64,000 nucleotides of DNA from Caulobacterales bacterium (GTDB taxonomy: Bacteria > Pseudomonadota > Alphaproteobacteria > Caulobacterales > Caulobacteraceae). Shown here piece by piece: positions 50,610 to 60,054 of this stretch. Position 1 is the stretch's first letter. Each line of letters opens with the position of its first letter. Location: the NCBI GenBank assembly GCA_038225765.1, contig JBBRQW010000003.1, positions 11 through 64,010 on the forward strand, given 5' to 3'. The translations under genes and the position numbers were made by a program. A model generated the notes under the pieces. That model saw nothing but the letters and a program-made list of their open reading frames with translations. It was not told where the DNA came from and did not search any database.

Positions 50610-51394
50610 CCGCCGCCCGTGGGACGCGGGTGGCCGGCAAAAAGGCCTTCATCACCGGGGCGGCTCAGGGCCTGGGGGCGGCGGAGGCGCGGCGGCTGGC
50701 CGGGGAGGGCGCGCGGGTCACCCTGGCCGACATCAACCTCGACGGCGCCCAGGCCGTGGCGGACGAGATCGACGCCGCCTGGGGGAAGGGCACGGCTTTC
50801 GCCTTCCCCTTGAACGTCACGGAGGAGGCGCAGTGGACCTTCGCCCTGGAGGAGGCCGACGCGGCCATGGGCGGCCTCTCGGTGCTGGTCAACAACGCCG
50901 GCATTTCGCGCGGCGGCGATATCGAGCAGCTGTCGCTGGAAGACTGGAAGGCGGTGATGAGCGTCAACGTCGATTCGGTGTTCCTGGGAACCAAGCACGC
51001 CCTCAAATACATGCGGGCCAGTCAGCCCGGATCGATCGTCAACATCTCCTCGATCGCCGGCCTGATCGCGGCCCACAATTCTCCGGCCTACAACGCCTCC
51101 AAGGCGGCGGTCTGGCTGCTTTCCAAGGGCATCGCCCTGCACTGCGCCAAGCAGGGGCTGAACATCCGCTCCAACTCCATCCACCCGACCTTCATCGACA
51201 CCCCCATCCTCGATCCGCTGCGCCAGAGGTTCGGCAAGGAGGCGGCCGAGGCCAAGCTGGGACGGCAGGTGCCGCTGGGCCACATCGGCGAGCCGGCCGA
51301 CATCGCCAACGCCGTCCTATATCTCGCCTCCGACGAGAGCAAGTTCATGACCGGGGCGGAATTGAAGCTGGACGGCGGCATTTCCGCCATGTGA
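50606..51394 (+). CDS. SDR-family oxidoreductase
   Basis: [18 protein letters not shown] and YNASKAA; ATGA overlap with the previous stop. Confidence 0.9.
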   Translation: MTAARGTRVAGKKAFITGAAQGLGAAEARRLAGEGARVTLADINLDGAQAVADEIDAAWGKGTAFAFPLNVTEEAQWTFALEEADAAMGGLSVLVNNAGISRGGDIEQLSLEDWKAVMSVNVDSVFLGTKHALKYMRASQPGSIVNISSIAGLIAAHNSPAYNASKAAVWLLSKGIALHCAKQGLNIRSNSIHPTFIDTPILDPLRQRFGKEAAEAKLGRQVPLGHIGEPADIANAVLYLASDESKFMTGAELKLDGGISAM

Positions 51395-51448
51395 GCAACG
51401 GCGCCGAGGACCTCATGGTCCTCGGCGCCGCGGTTTCTGCTCGGCGTT

Positions 51449-51715
51449 TTAGAAACGGCGCCAGCCGCCGCGATACCAGTAACCGCGGTCGTCGCGGTCG
51501 CGCGCCCACCGATACCCTCGCCCGCTCCAGCGCCAGGAGTCGGGATGGACAACGATGCCGACCGTCGCCGGATAGGTGTACTGGGTGCGAACATGCCAGC
51601 ATTGGTGTCGATTGCAGGCGATGTAGGCCGAGGCGCTGCTGGCGGTCGCCAGCACGCCAATGGCGGCCACGGCGCTCAGGGCGCCGGTTTTCAACACGGT
51701 CTTGAATCCACGCAT
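51449..51715 (-). CDS. small secreted protein, Cys pair plus W/Y/R/G-rich C-terminus
   Basis: The signal peptide MRGFKTVLKTGALSAVAAIGVLATASSASA is followed by YIACNRHQCWHVRTQYTYP...RGYWYRGGWRRF. No family recognised. Confidence 0.55.
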   Translation of the reverse strand: MRGFKTVLKTGALSAVAAIGVLATASSASAYIACNRHQCWHVRTQYTYPATVGIVVHPDSWRWSGRGYRWARDRDDRGYWYRGGWRRF

Positions 51716-51839
51716 TTTTGGTAATCTCCGTTGCAGTGAAGGACGCCCTCGGGGACTGATAACGATTTGGCTACCCTAGCGTTCCAAGTCAATCAAAGTC
51801 GAGTTTAACCGGCGATGAATGGCGCACATGGCACGATGT

Positions 51840-52514
51840 TCACTTCGCCGGCGACAGCACCACCCCGGTCAGGATCGCGCAGTACTGGGTCGCGGCGGCG
51901 GCGACCACGAAGCCGTGCCAGATGGCGCGCCGGAAAGGCAGGGTCTTCTTCAGATAGACGATCACGCCGGTGGAATAGACCAGGCCGCCGGCAAGCAGCA
52001 GGCTAAGCGCGCTCAGCGAAACGTCCGCCAGCAGGGGCTTGACGGCGACGATCGCGATCCAGCCCAACGCCAGGTAGAGCGCTACCCAGAAGCCCTTGCC
52101 GAGGCCCGGCGCGAAGAGCTTGCCGGCGGCGGCGGTAAGCGCCAGGGCCCATACGGCGGCGGTCATGCCCCACCCCCAGGCGCCGTGCAGGCGCTGGGTG
52201 GTGAAGGGGGTGTAGGAGCCGGCGATCATCAGGAAGATCGCCGCGTGGTCGAGGCGGCGCAGCAGCGGCCGGCGCCCGGGGCTCGCCAGATTATAGGCCG
52301 CTGAACACAGCAGCATGACCACCAGGCAGGCGCCGTAGACGCCGATCGCCGCCGCCTGGCCCAGGCGCCCGAAGCCCAGCGACAGGCCGAGCAGGGTGAG
52401 CCCTCCCAAGACGCCGGCGGTCAAGCCGACGATGTGCACCCACCGATCGGCCGACCGTTCGGCGGGACGGGGATAGTGGATCGCGAGCGGGGCCGAGGGG
52501 GCGGGCGAGGTCAT
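51840..52514 (-). CDS. hemolysin III / PAQR-family membrane protein
   Basis: Internal ATG 52514. Seven hydrophobic helices, with LDHAAIFLMIAGSYTPF and the C-terminal WHGFVVAAAATQY motif. Confidence 0.85.
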   Translation of the reverse strand: MTSPAPSAPLAIHYPRPAERSADRWVHIVGLTAGVLGGLTLLGLSLGFGRLGQAAAIGVYGACLVVMLLCSAAYNLASPGRRPLLRRLDHAAIFLMIAGSYTPFTTQRLHGAWGWGMTAAVWALALTAAAGKLFAPGLGKGFWVALYLALGWIAIVAVKPLLADVSLSALSLLLAGGLVYSTGVIVYLKKTLPFRRAIWHGFVVAAAATQYCAILTGVVLSPAK

Positions 52515-52554
52515 GCAACTCCCCTGCGGCGTCTCGTCACCACAAGATACCCGT

Positions 52555-53253
52555 TCACGGGGCGTCGCCGGCGGCCATGCGCGCTCGCTGACGTTCGGCC
52601 AAGCCGCCAACCAAGGCCTTGGCCATGGCCACGCTGGAAGCGGGATTCTGGCCGGTGATCAGGTTGCGGTCCATGACGACATGGCCCGTCATGGGCAGCA
52701 GGGCGTGTTCGAAGAGGGCGCCGGCCTCGCGCAATCGCGTTTCCAGGGCAAAGGGAACGACCGCCTGCAGCCCGGCCAGGGTCTCCTCGCCGTTGGTGAA
52801 GGCGGTGAGGCGCCGGCCCTTCACCAACGCCGCCCCGTCGGCGGCGGTGGCGGCGAGCAGGGCGGCGGGCCCATGGCAGATGGCGGCGACGATCTTGCCG
52901 GCGCGGTCGAAGGCGCCGATCAGGGCCGCTAGGTCGGCGTCGCCGCTGAGGTCCACCATCGGGCCGTGGCCGCCGGGGATGTACAGGGCGTCGAATTCGG
53001 ATTCCGAGACCTCGCCCAGACGTTTGGTGTCCCGCAGAGCCTGGATAGCCGGCCCCCACTTCTCCCGCGCCTTGTCGTCCGGCGGGGTTTTAGGGTCGAT
53101 CGGCGCCGCGCCGCCCTTTGGCGAGGCCACCGTGATGCCGACACCCACCTCGGCCAGAGCCGTGTAGGGAACGGCGTACTCCTCCAGCCAAAGTCCGGTC
53201 GGATGGCCCGGCGCCAGGGTGTCGGCGCTGGTGACGGCGATGAGAACCTTCAT
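52555..53253 (-). CDS. DJ-1/PfpI-family type 1 glutamine amidotransferase-like protein
   Basis: MKVLIAVTSAD...YIPGGHGPM...VAAICHGPAAL (nucleophile elbow Cys-His). This is the in-frame C-terminal part of track ORF 52555..54084. Confidence 0.85.
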   Translation of the reverse strand: MKVLIAVTSADTLAPGHPTGLWLEEYAVPYTALAEVGVGITVASPKGGAAPIDPKTPPDDKAREKWGPAIQALRDTKRLGEVSESEFDALYIPGGHGPMVDLSGDADLAALIGAFDRAGKIVAAICHGPAALLAATAADGAALVKGRRLTAFTNGEETLAGLQAVVPFALETRLREAGALFEHALLPMTGHVVMDRNLITGQNPASSVAMAKALVGGLAERQRARMAAGDAP

Positions 53254-53321
53254 GAACGCCTCCACTGAGGTGGCTGGTGATGAATGCGCCGCCGGTCGCG
53301 CCGTTCCTGATAGGCCCAGCC

Positions 53322-55394
53322 TTACCACATCCGCACCCGGGCGTCGGGGGCGAGGTATAGCGCCTGCCCCGGCTTGGCGCCGAAGGCGGCGTACCAGCCG
53401 TCGATGTTGCGCACCGTGTCGGCGCGGTAGTCGGCCGGGGCGTGGCCATCGGTGAGGATCTGGCGGCGCAGCGCCGCCTCGCGCGACTTCGAGCGCCAGC
53501 TCTGGGCGAAGGCGAGGAAGAACTGCTGGTCGCCGGTGAAGCCGTTCACAACCGGGGCCGGGTGGCCGCCCAGGGAATGGGCATAGGCGTCGTAGGCGAC
53601 CGCCAGCCCCGCCACGTCGGCGATGTTCTCGCTCAAGGTCTGGCGGCCGTTGACGGCGAGGTCCGGGAACGGCCGATAGGCGTCGAATTCGCGCACAAGC
53701 TGGGCCGCCGAGGCCTGGAAGTGGGCGAAGTCGCCGGGGGTCCACCAGTCGCGCAGCCTTCCGGCGGCGTCGAACAAGGCCCCTTGATCGTCGAAGCTGT
53801 GGCTGATCTCGTGGCCGATGGTGGCCCCGATCGCCCCGTAGTTCACCGCCGCCGGGGCCGCCGGGTCGAAATCGGGCGACTGCAGGATGGCGGCCGGAAA
53901 ATTGAGCGCGTTCATGGCCGGCAGGTTGACCGCGTTGACGGTCTGCGGCGTCATCACCCATTCGCCCCGGTCCACCGGCGCGCCGAGCTTGGCCAGGTTG
54001 CGGCGGTATTCGACGAGGCCGGCGCGGCGCCAGTTGCCCAGGGCGTCGCCGCCAACCACCTCCAGGGCGCCATAGTCGCGCCATTTGTCGGGATAGCCGA
54101 CGCCGACCTTGAGGGCGGCGAGCTTGGCCTTGGCCTCGACCTTGGTCGCCGGCGCCATCCAGGTCAGGGCGTCGATCCGCCGGCCGAAGGCGGCGATCAG
54201 ATTGGCAACCAGATCCTGAACCTGGGCCTTGGCCGCCGGCGAAAAATAGCGCTCGGCATAGAGCCTGCCCACCGCTTCGCCAAGCGCCGCGTTGGTGGCG
54301 TCCACCGCCCGGCGCCAGCGCGGGCTGAGGGCGGCGGTTCCCGACAGCACCCGCCCGTAAAAGTCGAAATCCTCATCGACAAAAGCCTTGGGCAGCATCG
54401 GCGCGGCGCGGTCGATGGCGTGGAAGGTCAGATAGTCCTTCCAGGGGACCAGAGAGGCCGCGCCGACCAGGGCGGCGATGCCGGTGACGGCGCCCGGCTG
54501 CCAGACCACGAAATGGGTCTGGCTCCCCAGGCCGGCGGCCGCGAAATAGGCCTTCCAGTCGAGCCCCGGCGCGCGGGCCGGGAATTCGGCCGCCGTCCAG
54601 CGATTGTCGCCCTTCCTCACGTCCTCGGTGTCGGCACGGCTGACGTGGGCGGCGGCGATGCGCCGTTCCAGCTCGAAGATCGCCGCCGCCTTGGCCGGCG
54701 CGTCCGCCACCCCGGCCAGGGCCAGCGTCTTGGCGATGTGCGCCTGGTAGGCGGCCCGGATCGCCGCCATGCGCGGCGACGGGTCGAGATAGTAGTCGCG
54801 GTCGGGCATGCCCAGGCCGCCCTGCAGCAGGAAGGGCGCGTAGCTCGTTGGGTCGTCCAGGGCCTGCGCCACCCACAGGCCGAACAGGCGCTCGGTGTGC
54901 AGGTTGGTGGAGTTGAGAATATCCACGTCGGCGCGCAGCTCGGCCCCCAGCGCCGCCGCCAGGGCCGCCTTGTCGGCGATGCCGGCGATGCGGGCCAGGG
55001 CCGGCGCCAGCGGAGTCACGCCGGCCGCCTCGATGGCACCTTCGTTCATGTAGGCGCCGTAGTAGTCGGCGATCTTGCGGGCTTCCGAGCCCGCCGGCGG
55101 CCTCGCCGCCGCCGTCTCCTGGATCAGATCGGCGGTTCGCCGATCGGTGAGCTGGGCCATGACGGCGCCGACGCCCCAGCGAGCGCGGTCGGGAGGAATT
55201 TCGGTGGTCTTGACCCAGGTTCCGTTGGCGTAGGCGAAGAAGTCCTCGCCCGGCGCCACGGCGCCATCCATGCCGGCGCGATCGACGCCGGGGCCCGGGA
55301 CAAGGGCTGGGCTCGGCGCGGGCGCGGCGGCCAGGGTGAGAAGGCCAGCCACAAGGGCGGCGGGCGGCGCGAGAGCGCGGGGCACGGTAGGCAT
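53322..55394 (-). CDS. M13-family zinc metallopeptidase (PepO / endothelin-converting-enzyme-like)
   Basis: HEISHSFD (HExxH), ENIADVAGL and NAVNLPAMNALNFPAAILQ. Signal peptide from ATG 55394 (the TTG at 55412 is an alternative start). Confidence 0.92.
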   Translation of the reverse strand: MPTVPRALAPPAALVAGLLTLAAAPAPSPALVPGPGVDRAGMDGAVAPGEDFFAYANGTWVKTTEIPPDRARWGVGAVMAQLTDRRTADLIQETAAARPPAGSEARKIADYYGAYMNEGAIEAAGVTPLAPALARIAGIADKAALAAALGAELRADVDILNSTNLHTERLFGLWVAQALDDPTSYAPFLLQGGLGMPDRDYYLDPSPRMAAIRAAYQAHIAKTLALAGVADAPAKAAAIFELERRIAAAHVSRADTEDVRKGDNRWTAAEFPARAPGLDWKAYFAAAGLGSQTHFVVWQPGAVTGIAALVGAASLVPWKDYLTFHAIDRAAPMLPKAFVDEDFDFYGRVLSGTAALSPRWRRAVDATNAALGEAVGRLYAERYFSPAAKAQVQDLVANLIAAFGRRIDALTWMAPATKVEAKAKLAALKVGVGYPDKWRDYGALEVVGGDALGNWRRAGLVEYRRNLAKLGAPVDRGEWVMTPQTVNAVNLPAMNALNFPAAILQSPDFDPAAPAAVNYGAIGATIGHEISHSFDDQGALFDAAGRLRDWWTPGDFAHFQASAAQLVREFDAYRPFPDLAVNGRQTLSENIADVAGLAVAYDAYAHSLGGHPAPVVNGFTGDQQFFLAFAQSWRSKSREAALRRQILTDGHAPADYRADTVRNIDGWYAAFGAKPGQALYLAPDARVRMW

Positions 55395-55542
55395 GAGGCT
55401 TTGCGTATCCAATTTAACTCGGCGCGGCGAGGTTTAGATTATGAGCGGCCAAGCGCAAGCCGGCCGTCCGCGGCGGGATGGCCCTTGACGCCGCGCCGGC
55501 GTTGCGGCGAAGGTTCATGTCCAGCAACAAGGGGAGGTTGAT

Positions 55543-56292
55543 ATGGGCCACACATTCATCGCCGGGGCGCTCGCCGCGGTCACCCTGATCGGCGCCGCCA
55601 CGTGGGCGGGCGCCGAAACGCCGGCGCCCATCGTCGCCGCCGTCGCCGACGCACACCGGCCCCCCGCCGATACCGCGCGCGACGCCGCCCGCCATCCCGC
55701 CGACATGCTCACCTTGGCCGGCGTGAAACCCGGTGACAGCGTGCTGGAGATTCTGCCCGGCGGCGGCTATTTCACCCGCATCCTCAGCAAGGCGGTCGGT
55801 CCCAAGGGCCATATCTACGCCGCCGTGCCCGATCCCAAGTCGAAATTCGCCGAGCCCGCCGCCGCCGCCATCGCCGCCGATCCGGCCTACCCCAATGTCA
55901 GTGTGATCGTGATCACCGACATGGCCAAGAGCGGCCTGCCGCCGCTGGACCTCATCTGGACCTCGCAGAACTACCACGACCTCCACCTCAGCGAGGTGCA
56001 TACCGACGTGGCGGCGCTGGACAAGCTGTGGTTCGGAATGCTCAAGCCCGGCGGGACCTTGATCGTGATCGATCACGCCGCCCTTCCCGGCTCGCCGGTC
56101 GCCGCGACCGCCAACAAGCTTCACCGGATCGACCCGGCTGTCGTCCGCCAGGAGGTGGTGGGGGCCGGCTTCACCTTCGATGGGCAATCGGAGGTGTTGC
56201 GTAACCCGGCCGATCCACACACCGCCATCGTTTTCGATCCTTCGATCAAAGGCAAGACCGATCAGTTCGCCTTCCGCTTTCGCAAACCTTAG
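55543..56292 (+). CDS. secreted class I SAM-dependent methyltransferase-like protein
   Basis: Signal peptide, then motif I VLEILPGGGYFT. Confidence 0.75.
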   Translation: MGHTFIAGALAAVTLIGAATWAGAETPAPIVAAVADAHRPPADTARDAARHPADMLTLAGVKPGDSVLEILPGGGYFTRILSKAVGPKGHIYAAVPDPKSKFAEPAAAAIAADPAYPNVSVIVITDMAKSGLPPLDLIWTSQNYHDLHLSEVHTDVAALDKLWFGMLKPGGTLIVIDHAALPGSPVAATANKLHRIDPAVVRQEVVGAGFTFDGQSEVLRNPADPHTAIVFDPSIKGKTDQFAFRFRKP

Positions 56293-56466
56293 ATCAGGTC
56301 GGCCGAACGGGCGCCCCCGGATCGTCGCTTGATTTTCACCATCGACGCGGCCTATTATTGCGTTCAGCGTCGGCGGATGTGAATGGCTTCGAGGGAACCT
56401 TTCGGGGGCCGTCGGGCTTTCCGCTTCCGCAAGTGGATGACGCCACTTCATCACCTCAAGGGACCC

Positions 56467-56793
56467 ATGACCATGACTTCCGAAGTTCTCCGCAAACTGC
56501 TGGTGGCCGGTGCCGCCGTGGCCGCGCTCTCCGTCGCCGCCTGCCAGAAACCGGCCGACAAGGCCGCTGACGCCGCCGCCGACGCCTCCAACAGCGCCGC
56601 CGCCGCCGCCGCCGACGCCACCAACGCCGCCGCCGCGACGGGCGCGATGGCCCCCGCTGACGCCAATGCGCCCGCTCCGGCCGACGCCAGCATGGCCACC
56701 AACTCGGCCGCCGACGCGACCCAGAACGCCGCCGACGCCGCCAAGTCGTCCGCCGACGCCGCCAAGGCCGCCAAGGACGCCGCCAAGCAGTAG
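56467..56793 (+). CDS. small Ala-rich low-complexity lipoprotein (paralog of 17787..18101)
   Basis: MTMTSEVLRKLLVAGAAVAALSVAACQKPADK. It has the same lipobox context as the paralog, an A/D/N/S/T-only body and the same ...AKQ C-terminus. RBS AAGGGA; terminator follows. Confidence 0.7.
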   Translation: MTMTSEVLRKLLVAGAAVAALSVAACQKPADKAADAAADASNSAAAAAADATNAAAATGAMAPADANAPAPADASMATNSAADATQNAADAAKSSADAAKAAKDAAKQ

Positions 56794-56827
56794 ACTAAGT
56801 CGCCTTCCGGCGATTGGAATTTTCAGG

Positions 56828-56856
56828 AAGGGCCGCCCAGCCGGGCGGCCCTTTTT
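56828..56856 (+). terminator. Rho-independent terminator of the Ala-rich lipoprotein gene
   Basis: AAGGGCCGCCC-agcc-GGGCGGCCCTT followed by a T-tract (TTTTTG). Confidence 0.7.
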
Positions 56857-56873
56857 GCTTGGCGGCGGCGCGC

Positions 56874-58349
56874 TCAGCGCAACAATCGAGCCGCCAGCGC
56901 GGTGACTTCGGCGTCAAGGTCGCGCCGACGTTTCACCGGCCGGAAGGAATCGGTCGGTCCGACCGGATCGCCGATGTGGAAGGCGGCGATGAAGGTGGCC
57001 AGCGGGCCCAGTGTCACCGGCTCGATCGGCAGCAGTCGGCAATGTCCCGAGGCGCGCAGGGCTTCCACGGCCGCCCCGACGCTTCCCTCGCCGGCGAGGG
57101 CCGCCTCCACGGTTGGGATGGGGCAACCCAGCCAATGCGCCAGCAGGCGGGTGCGGATGGCGTCGATCGCCGCCCGCGAAGCCACCGCCGTCTCGCCGTC
57201 CGCCTCCAGCGTCAGGTCGCATTCGGTGTCGAAGCCGGTCGAGCGATTGTTCATGTTGGCCGAACCGACGCGCAAGAGTACGTCGTCGACGATCGCCAGC
57301 TTGGCATGGACGATGATGGTGCGGCCGAGCGTGGTCACCGGGCTATAGGCGTGGAATCGACCGTGAGAATCGGCCTTCTTGAGCCGCCTTATGAAGTCGG
57401 AGCGGGTCCGATCCATGGTCATCTGATCGAACCAACTGGGCGAATGCTGGGTGGAGACGATGACCACCTCCGGGCCGTTCGGCTCCTCCAGCCGAGCGGC
57501 GAGGGCCTCGGCCACGATGGGCGAGGTGAAATACTGGTTCTCCAGATAGATGCAGCGCCGGGCCGCCGCGATCGAGGCGAGGGAGAGCGCCTTGACCTCA
57601 CGCACCTCCGGCCAATTCCGCCACGCGCCGGCGGTGCGCGACAGGCCCACGGCGATTTTGTGAAAGGTCGGGGTCACGCGTTCGGGCCAGGCGTCGGGCG
57701 CGACCGGCGCCGGCGCGGCAAGGCTCTCGCCGGTGGCCCGCCGCCAGCGCTCGCGGAACAGCTCGCCCAGCGCCATGGCCGGCGGCCCATCGACCAAGGC
57801 CATGACCTCATGGCGCGAATCGAAGCATTTGTTGTCGGAGGCTGTTTTCTCGCGCCTGGGATCGTTGTCGAGGTGCAGCGGGGTGTCCCAGCGATCCGGG
57901 CCGATGTCGCCGCCGCCGCAAAAGGCCACCGCGTCGTCGATGACGATCATCTTCTGGTGGTGGCAGGCGCCGATCGGCAGCTTGCCGTCGAGGACGAACT
58001 TCACCTTCGATCCGTGGAAGCACTTTCGGTCGCGGACCGGAAAGAAGTTCTGGGTCGCCGCCACCGGCAGGGCCGAGTTCCAGCACAGCAGCCGCACGTC
58101 GAGAGCCGGATCGCCCTCGGCCATGGCCTTGAGGAAATTGCCGAAACGATCGGTGTCGGGGCCGGCGCAGCCGGGCTGCGGGTCGAACAGGGTGTCGGCT
58201 TCGAAGGCCCAGTTCAGCAGATGGATCGACCGCCGCGCCTTTTGCATGGCCGCCTTGGCGGCGATGAAATAGTCGGCCATGTCGATGAACAGGGCGGCGC
58301 GGCCGGCGGTCTCGAGCCGCCAGCAGGCGCCGGGCGATTGCAGGATCAC
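56874..58349 (-). CDS. phospholipase D superfamily protein with two HKD motifs (ClsB/PLD-like)
   Basis: GTG 58349 lies 8 nt after the upstream stop. The N-terminus ILQSPGACWRLETAGRAALFID is typical of this family. HKD-1 is CHHQKMIVIDDAVAFCGGGD and HKD-2 is VHAKLAIVDDVLLRVGSANMNNRS. Confidence 0.85.
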   Translation of the reverse strand: MILQSPGACWRLETAGRAALFIDMADYFIAAKAAMQKARRSIHLLNWAFEADTLFDPQPGCAGPDTDRFGNFLKAMAEGDPALDVRLLCWNSALPVAATQNFFPVRDRKCFHGSKVKFVLDGKLPIGACHHQKMIVIDDAVAFCGGGDIGPDRWDTPLHLDNDPRREKTASDNKCFDSRHEVMALVDGPPAMALGELFRERWRRATGESLAAPAPVAPDAWPERVTPTFHKIAVGLSRTAGAWRNWPEVREVKALSLASIAAARRCIYLENQYFTSPIVAEALAARLEEPNGPEVVIVSTQHSPSWFDQMTMDRTRSDFIRRLKKADSHGRFHAYSPVTTLGRTIIVHAKLAIVDDVLLRVGSANMNNRSTGFDTECDLTLEADGETAVASRAAIDAIRTRLLAHWLGCPIPTVEAALAGEGSVGAAVEALRASGHCRLLPIEPVTLGPLATFIAAFHIGDPVGPTDSFRPVKRRRDLDAEVTALAARLLR

Positions 58350-58356
58350 CGCGCGC

Positions 58357-58956
58357 TCAGCCGGGCGGTGAGGCGGAGCCGGCCGGGGGGGCGGGCGCGG
58401 CGGCGGTTTCGCACAGGGCCTTGAGCGAGGCCAGATACTCGGCGTTGCCTTGGCGCAGGAAGGCGTAGAGCCGGTCGTAGCCGTCGCCCGCCCCATAGCC
58501 CGCGCCGGACAGGGTCACCAGGGTCTCGCTGTCGCTCAAGGGATCGAGGGTGACGATCTGAATGATCGTCGGATAGAGTTCCGCGCCGGGCAGGCCGGGG
58601 GGAGCGGCGATGTTGCGCAGGACCATCAGGCGCCCGGGCAGATAGGTGACGATCCGATGGCGAATTGTTTGCGGGCCGCCCAGGACGGCCTTGGCGTCGT
58701 AGCTCTCCTCGATCGTCCCGCCGTCGCGCAGATCGATGTGAACCAACGGTGCGTTCCAGGCCCGGATCGTGGCCTCGTCGGTGAAGGCCTTCCAGGCGCA
58801 CGCCGCCGGCGCCTCGACGACGATCGATTCCTGCAGGACCCGCTCGCCGCTCGGCTCGGTGAACGAACTGTCCTTCACATGCGGCGCATCGACGGCCAGG
58901 GCCGGCGCGGCGAGAACCAGGGCCGCGAGGACCCCCCAGATCAGGTGCGCGCGCAT
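58357..58956 (-). CDS. secreted SRPBCC / AHSA1-like fold protein
   Basis: Signal peptide MRAHLIWGVLAALVLAAPALA. ...VVEAPAACAWKAFTDEATIRAWN... resembles Aha1/SRPBCC domains. The assignment is tentative. Confidence 0.5.
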   Translation of the reverse strand: MRAHLIWGVLAALVLAAPALAVDAPHVKDSSFTEPSGERVLQESIVVEAPAACAWKAFTDEATIRAWNAPLVHIDLRDGGTIEESYDAKAVLGGPQTIRHRIVTYLPGRLMVLRNIAAPPGLPGAELYPTIIQIVTLDPLSDSETLVTLSGAGYGAGDGYDRLYAFLRQGNAEYLASLKALCETAAAPAPPAGSASPPG

Positions 58957-58969
58957 GGGCCGCTCTTTC

Positions 58970-59266
58970 TCAACCGGCGCGGCCGGCGCCCGCCGGCGCG
59001 GCCAGGTCGGCTTGCTCCGGATGGCGTTTCAGCCACGCCGCCGCATAACCGCAAAGGGGTGTGATCGACAGGCCCTCGTGGCGGGCCCGCCCGGCGATCC
59101 CCTCCATCAGGCGCCCGGCCGCGCCGGAGCCGCGCAAGGCTGGCGGCGCCTCGACGTGGTCGAGGATCAGCCGGCTGCCCTCCCGCCGGTAGTCGGCGAA
59201 CACGGTGTGGCCGGCCTCGTCGAGCTCGAAGCGGCGGGCGGACGAGTTGTCGCGGACGGGCGTCAT
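58970..59266 (-). CDS. GNAT-family N-acetyltransferase, small YjdJ-type
   Basis: 98 aa; RRFELDEAGHTVFADYRREGSRLILDHVEAPPALRGSGAAGRLM...ITPLCGY is typical of the single-domain GNAT_acetyltran family. Confidence 0.65.
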   Translation of the reverse strand: MTPVRDNSSARRFELDEAGHTVFADYRREGSRLILDHVEAPPALRGSGAAGRLMEGIAGRARHEGLSITPLCGYAAAWLKRHPEQADLAAPAGAGRAG

Positions 59267-59466
59267 GAAGGTTTCTCGCGGGTGAAGGCGCGGGCGGGGC
59301 GCCCAGATAACCCTGTTTCCGTTTGGGCGAAATTGGAATTAGGCTCGGCGTTGGCGCGGTTTGCCGCAAATGTGGGAACTGGTTTTGCGATCGGGAAGCG
59401 CTCAAGCGTTTTGAGATCGAGCCTGTTTATCCCGATCGGGCTCTGGAAGGCGAGGATGACGTTTCC

Positions 59467-60054
59467 ATGCGGACCTTGGTCCTGATCGCGACGTCGGCCC
59501 TGATCCTGGCCGGGTGCGGCAAGGCGGGCGGCGGCGGCAAGCCGGCGGCGGCGGTCGGCGCGGAACCAGCGGCGAGCGGCCAACCGCCGGCCCGCAAGGC
59601 CGGCCTTTGGGAACAGACCATGACCCGCGACGGCGCGCCGCTGGGGATCGTCGGTCGGGTGCGGGTGTGCGTCGATCGGGCCAGCGAAGCCAAATTCTCC
59701 CTGTTCAGCGGCAAGATGAGCCGGAGCGCCTGCCCCCGGCGAGCGGTCGTCCGGGCCCCGGACGGCGGCTACGTCTTCGCCTCCACCTGCGACATGGGCG
59801 AGGCCGGCGTCACGACGTCAACCGGCGCCCTGAGCGGCAATCTCGCCACCCGTTACCGCGTCCACGCCCAGAGCGACACCAGCGGGTCCAGCGTCCCGGC
59901 CATGAACGGTCGCCACCTCACCGACATCGACGCCACCTGGCTGGGACCCTGCCCGGCCGACATGAAGCCCGGCGACATGGTCTTGGCCAACGGCATGAAG
60001 ATCAACGCCGGCAAGCTCGCCGGCTTCGCCCAGGCGATGGGCGGTGGGGGTTAG
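59467..60054 (+). CDS. DUF3617-like lipoprotein
   Basis: MRTLVLIATSALILAGCGK lipobox; GLWEQTMTRDG..., ...VCVDRAS... and four Cys, as in DUF3617. Confidence 0.55.
   Translation: MRTLVLIATSALILAGCGKAGGGGKPAAAVGAEPAASGQPPARKAGLWEQTMTRDGAPLGIVGRVRVCVDRASEAKFSLFSGKMSRSACPRRAVVRAPDGGYVFASTCDMGEAGVTTSTGALSGNLATRYRVHAQSDTSGSSVPAMNGRHLTDIDATWLGPCPADMKPGDMVLANGMKINAGKLAGFAQAMGGGG

Noticed and set aside
53442-55541. 699-aa plus-strand ORF
   Set aside because: It is antisense to the M13 peptidase (HEISH, ENIAD motifs) and has G/R/V/A-rich artefact composition.
56814-58424. 536-aa plus-strand ORF
   Set aside because: It is antisense to the PLD gene, which carries two canonical HKD motifs. Its TTG start lies inside the lipoprotein terminator.
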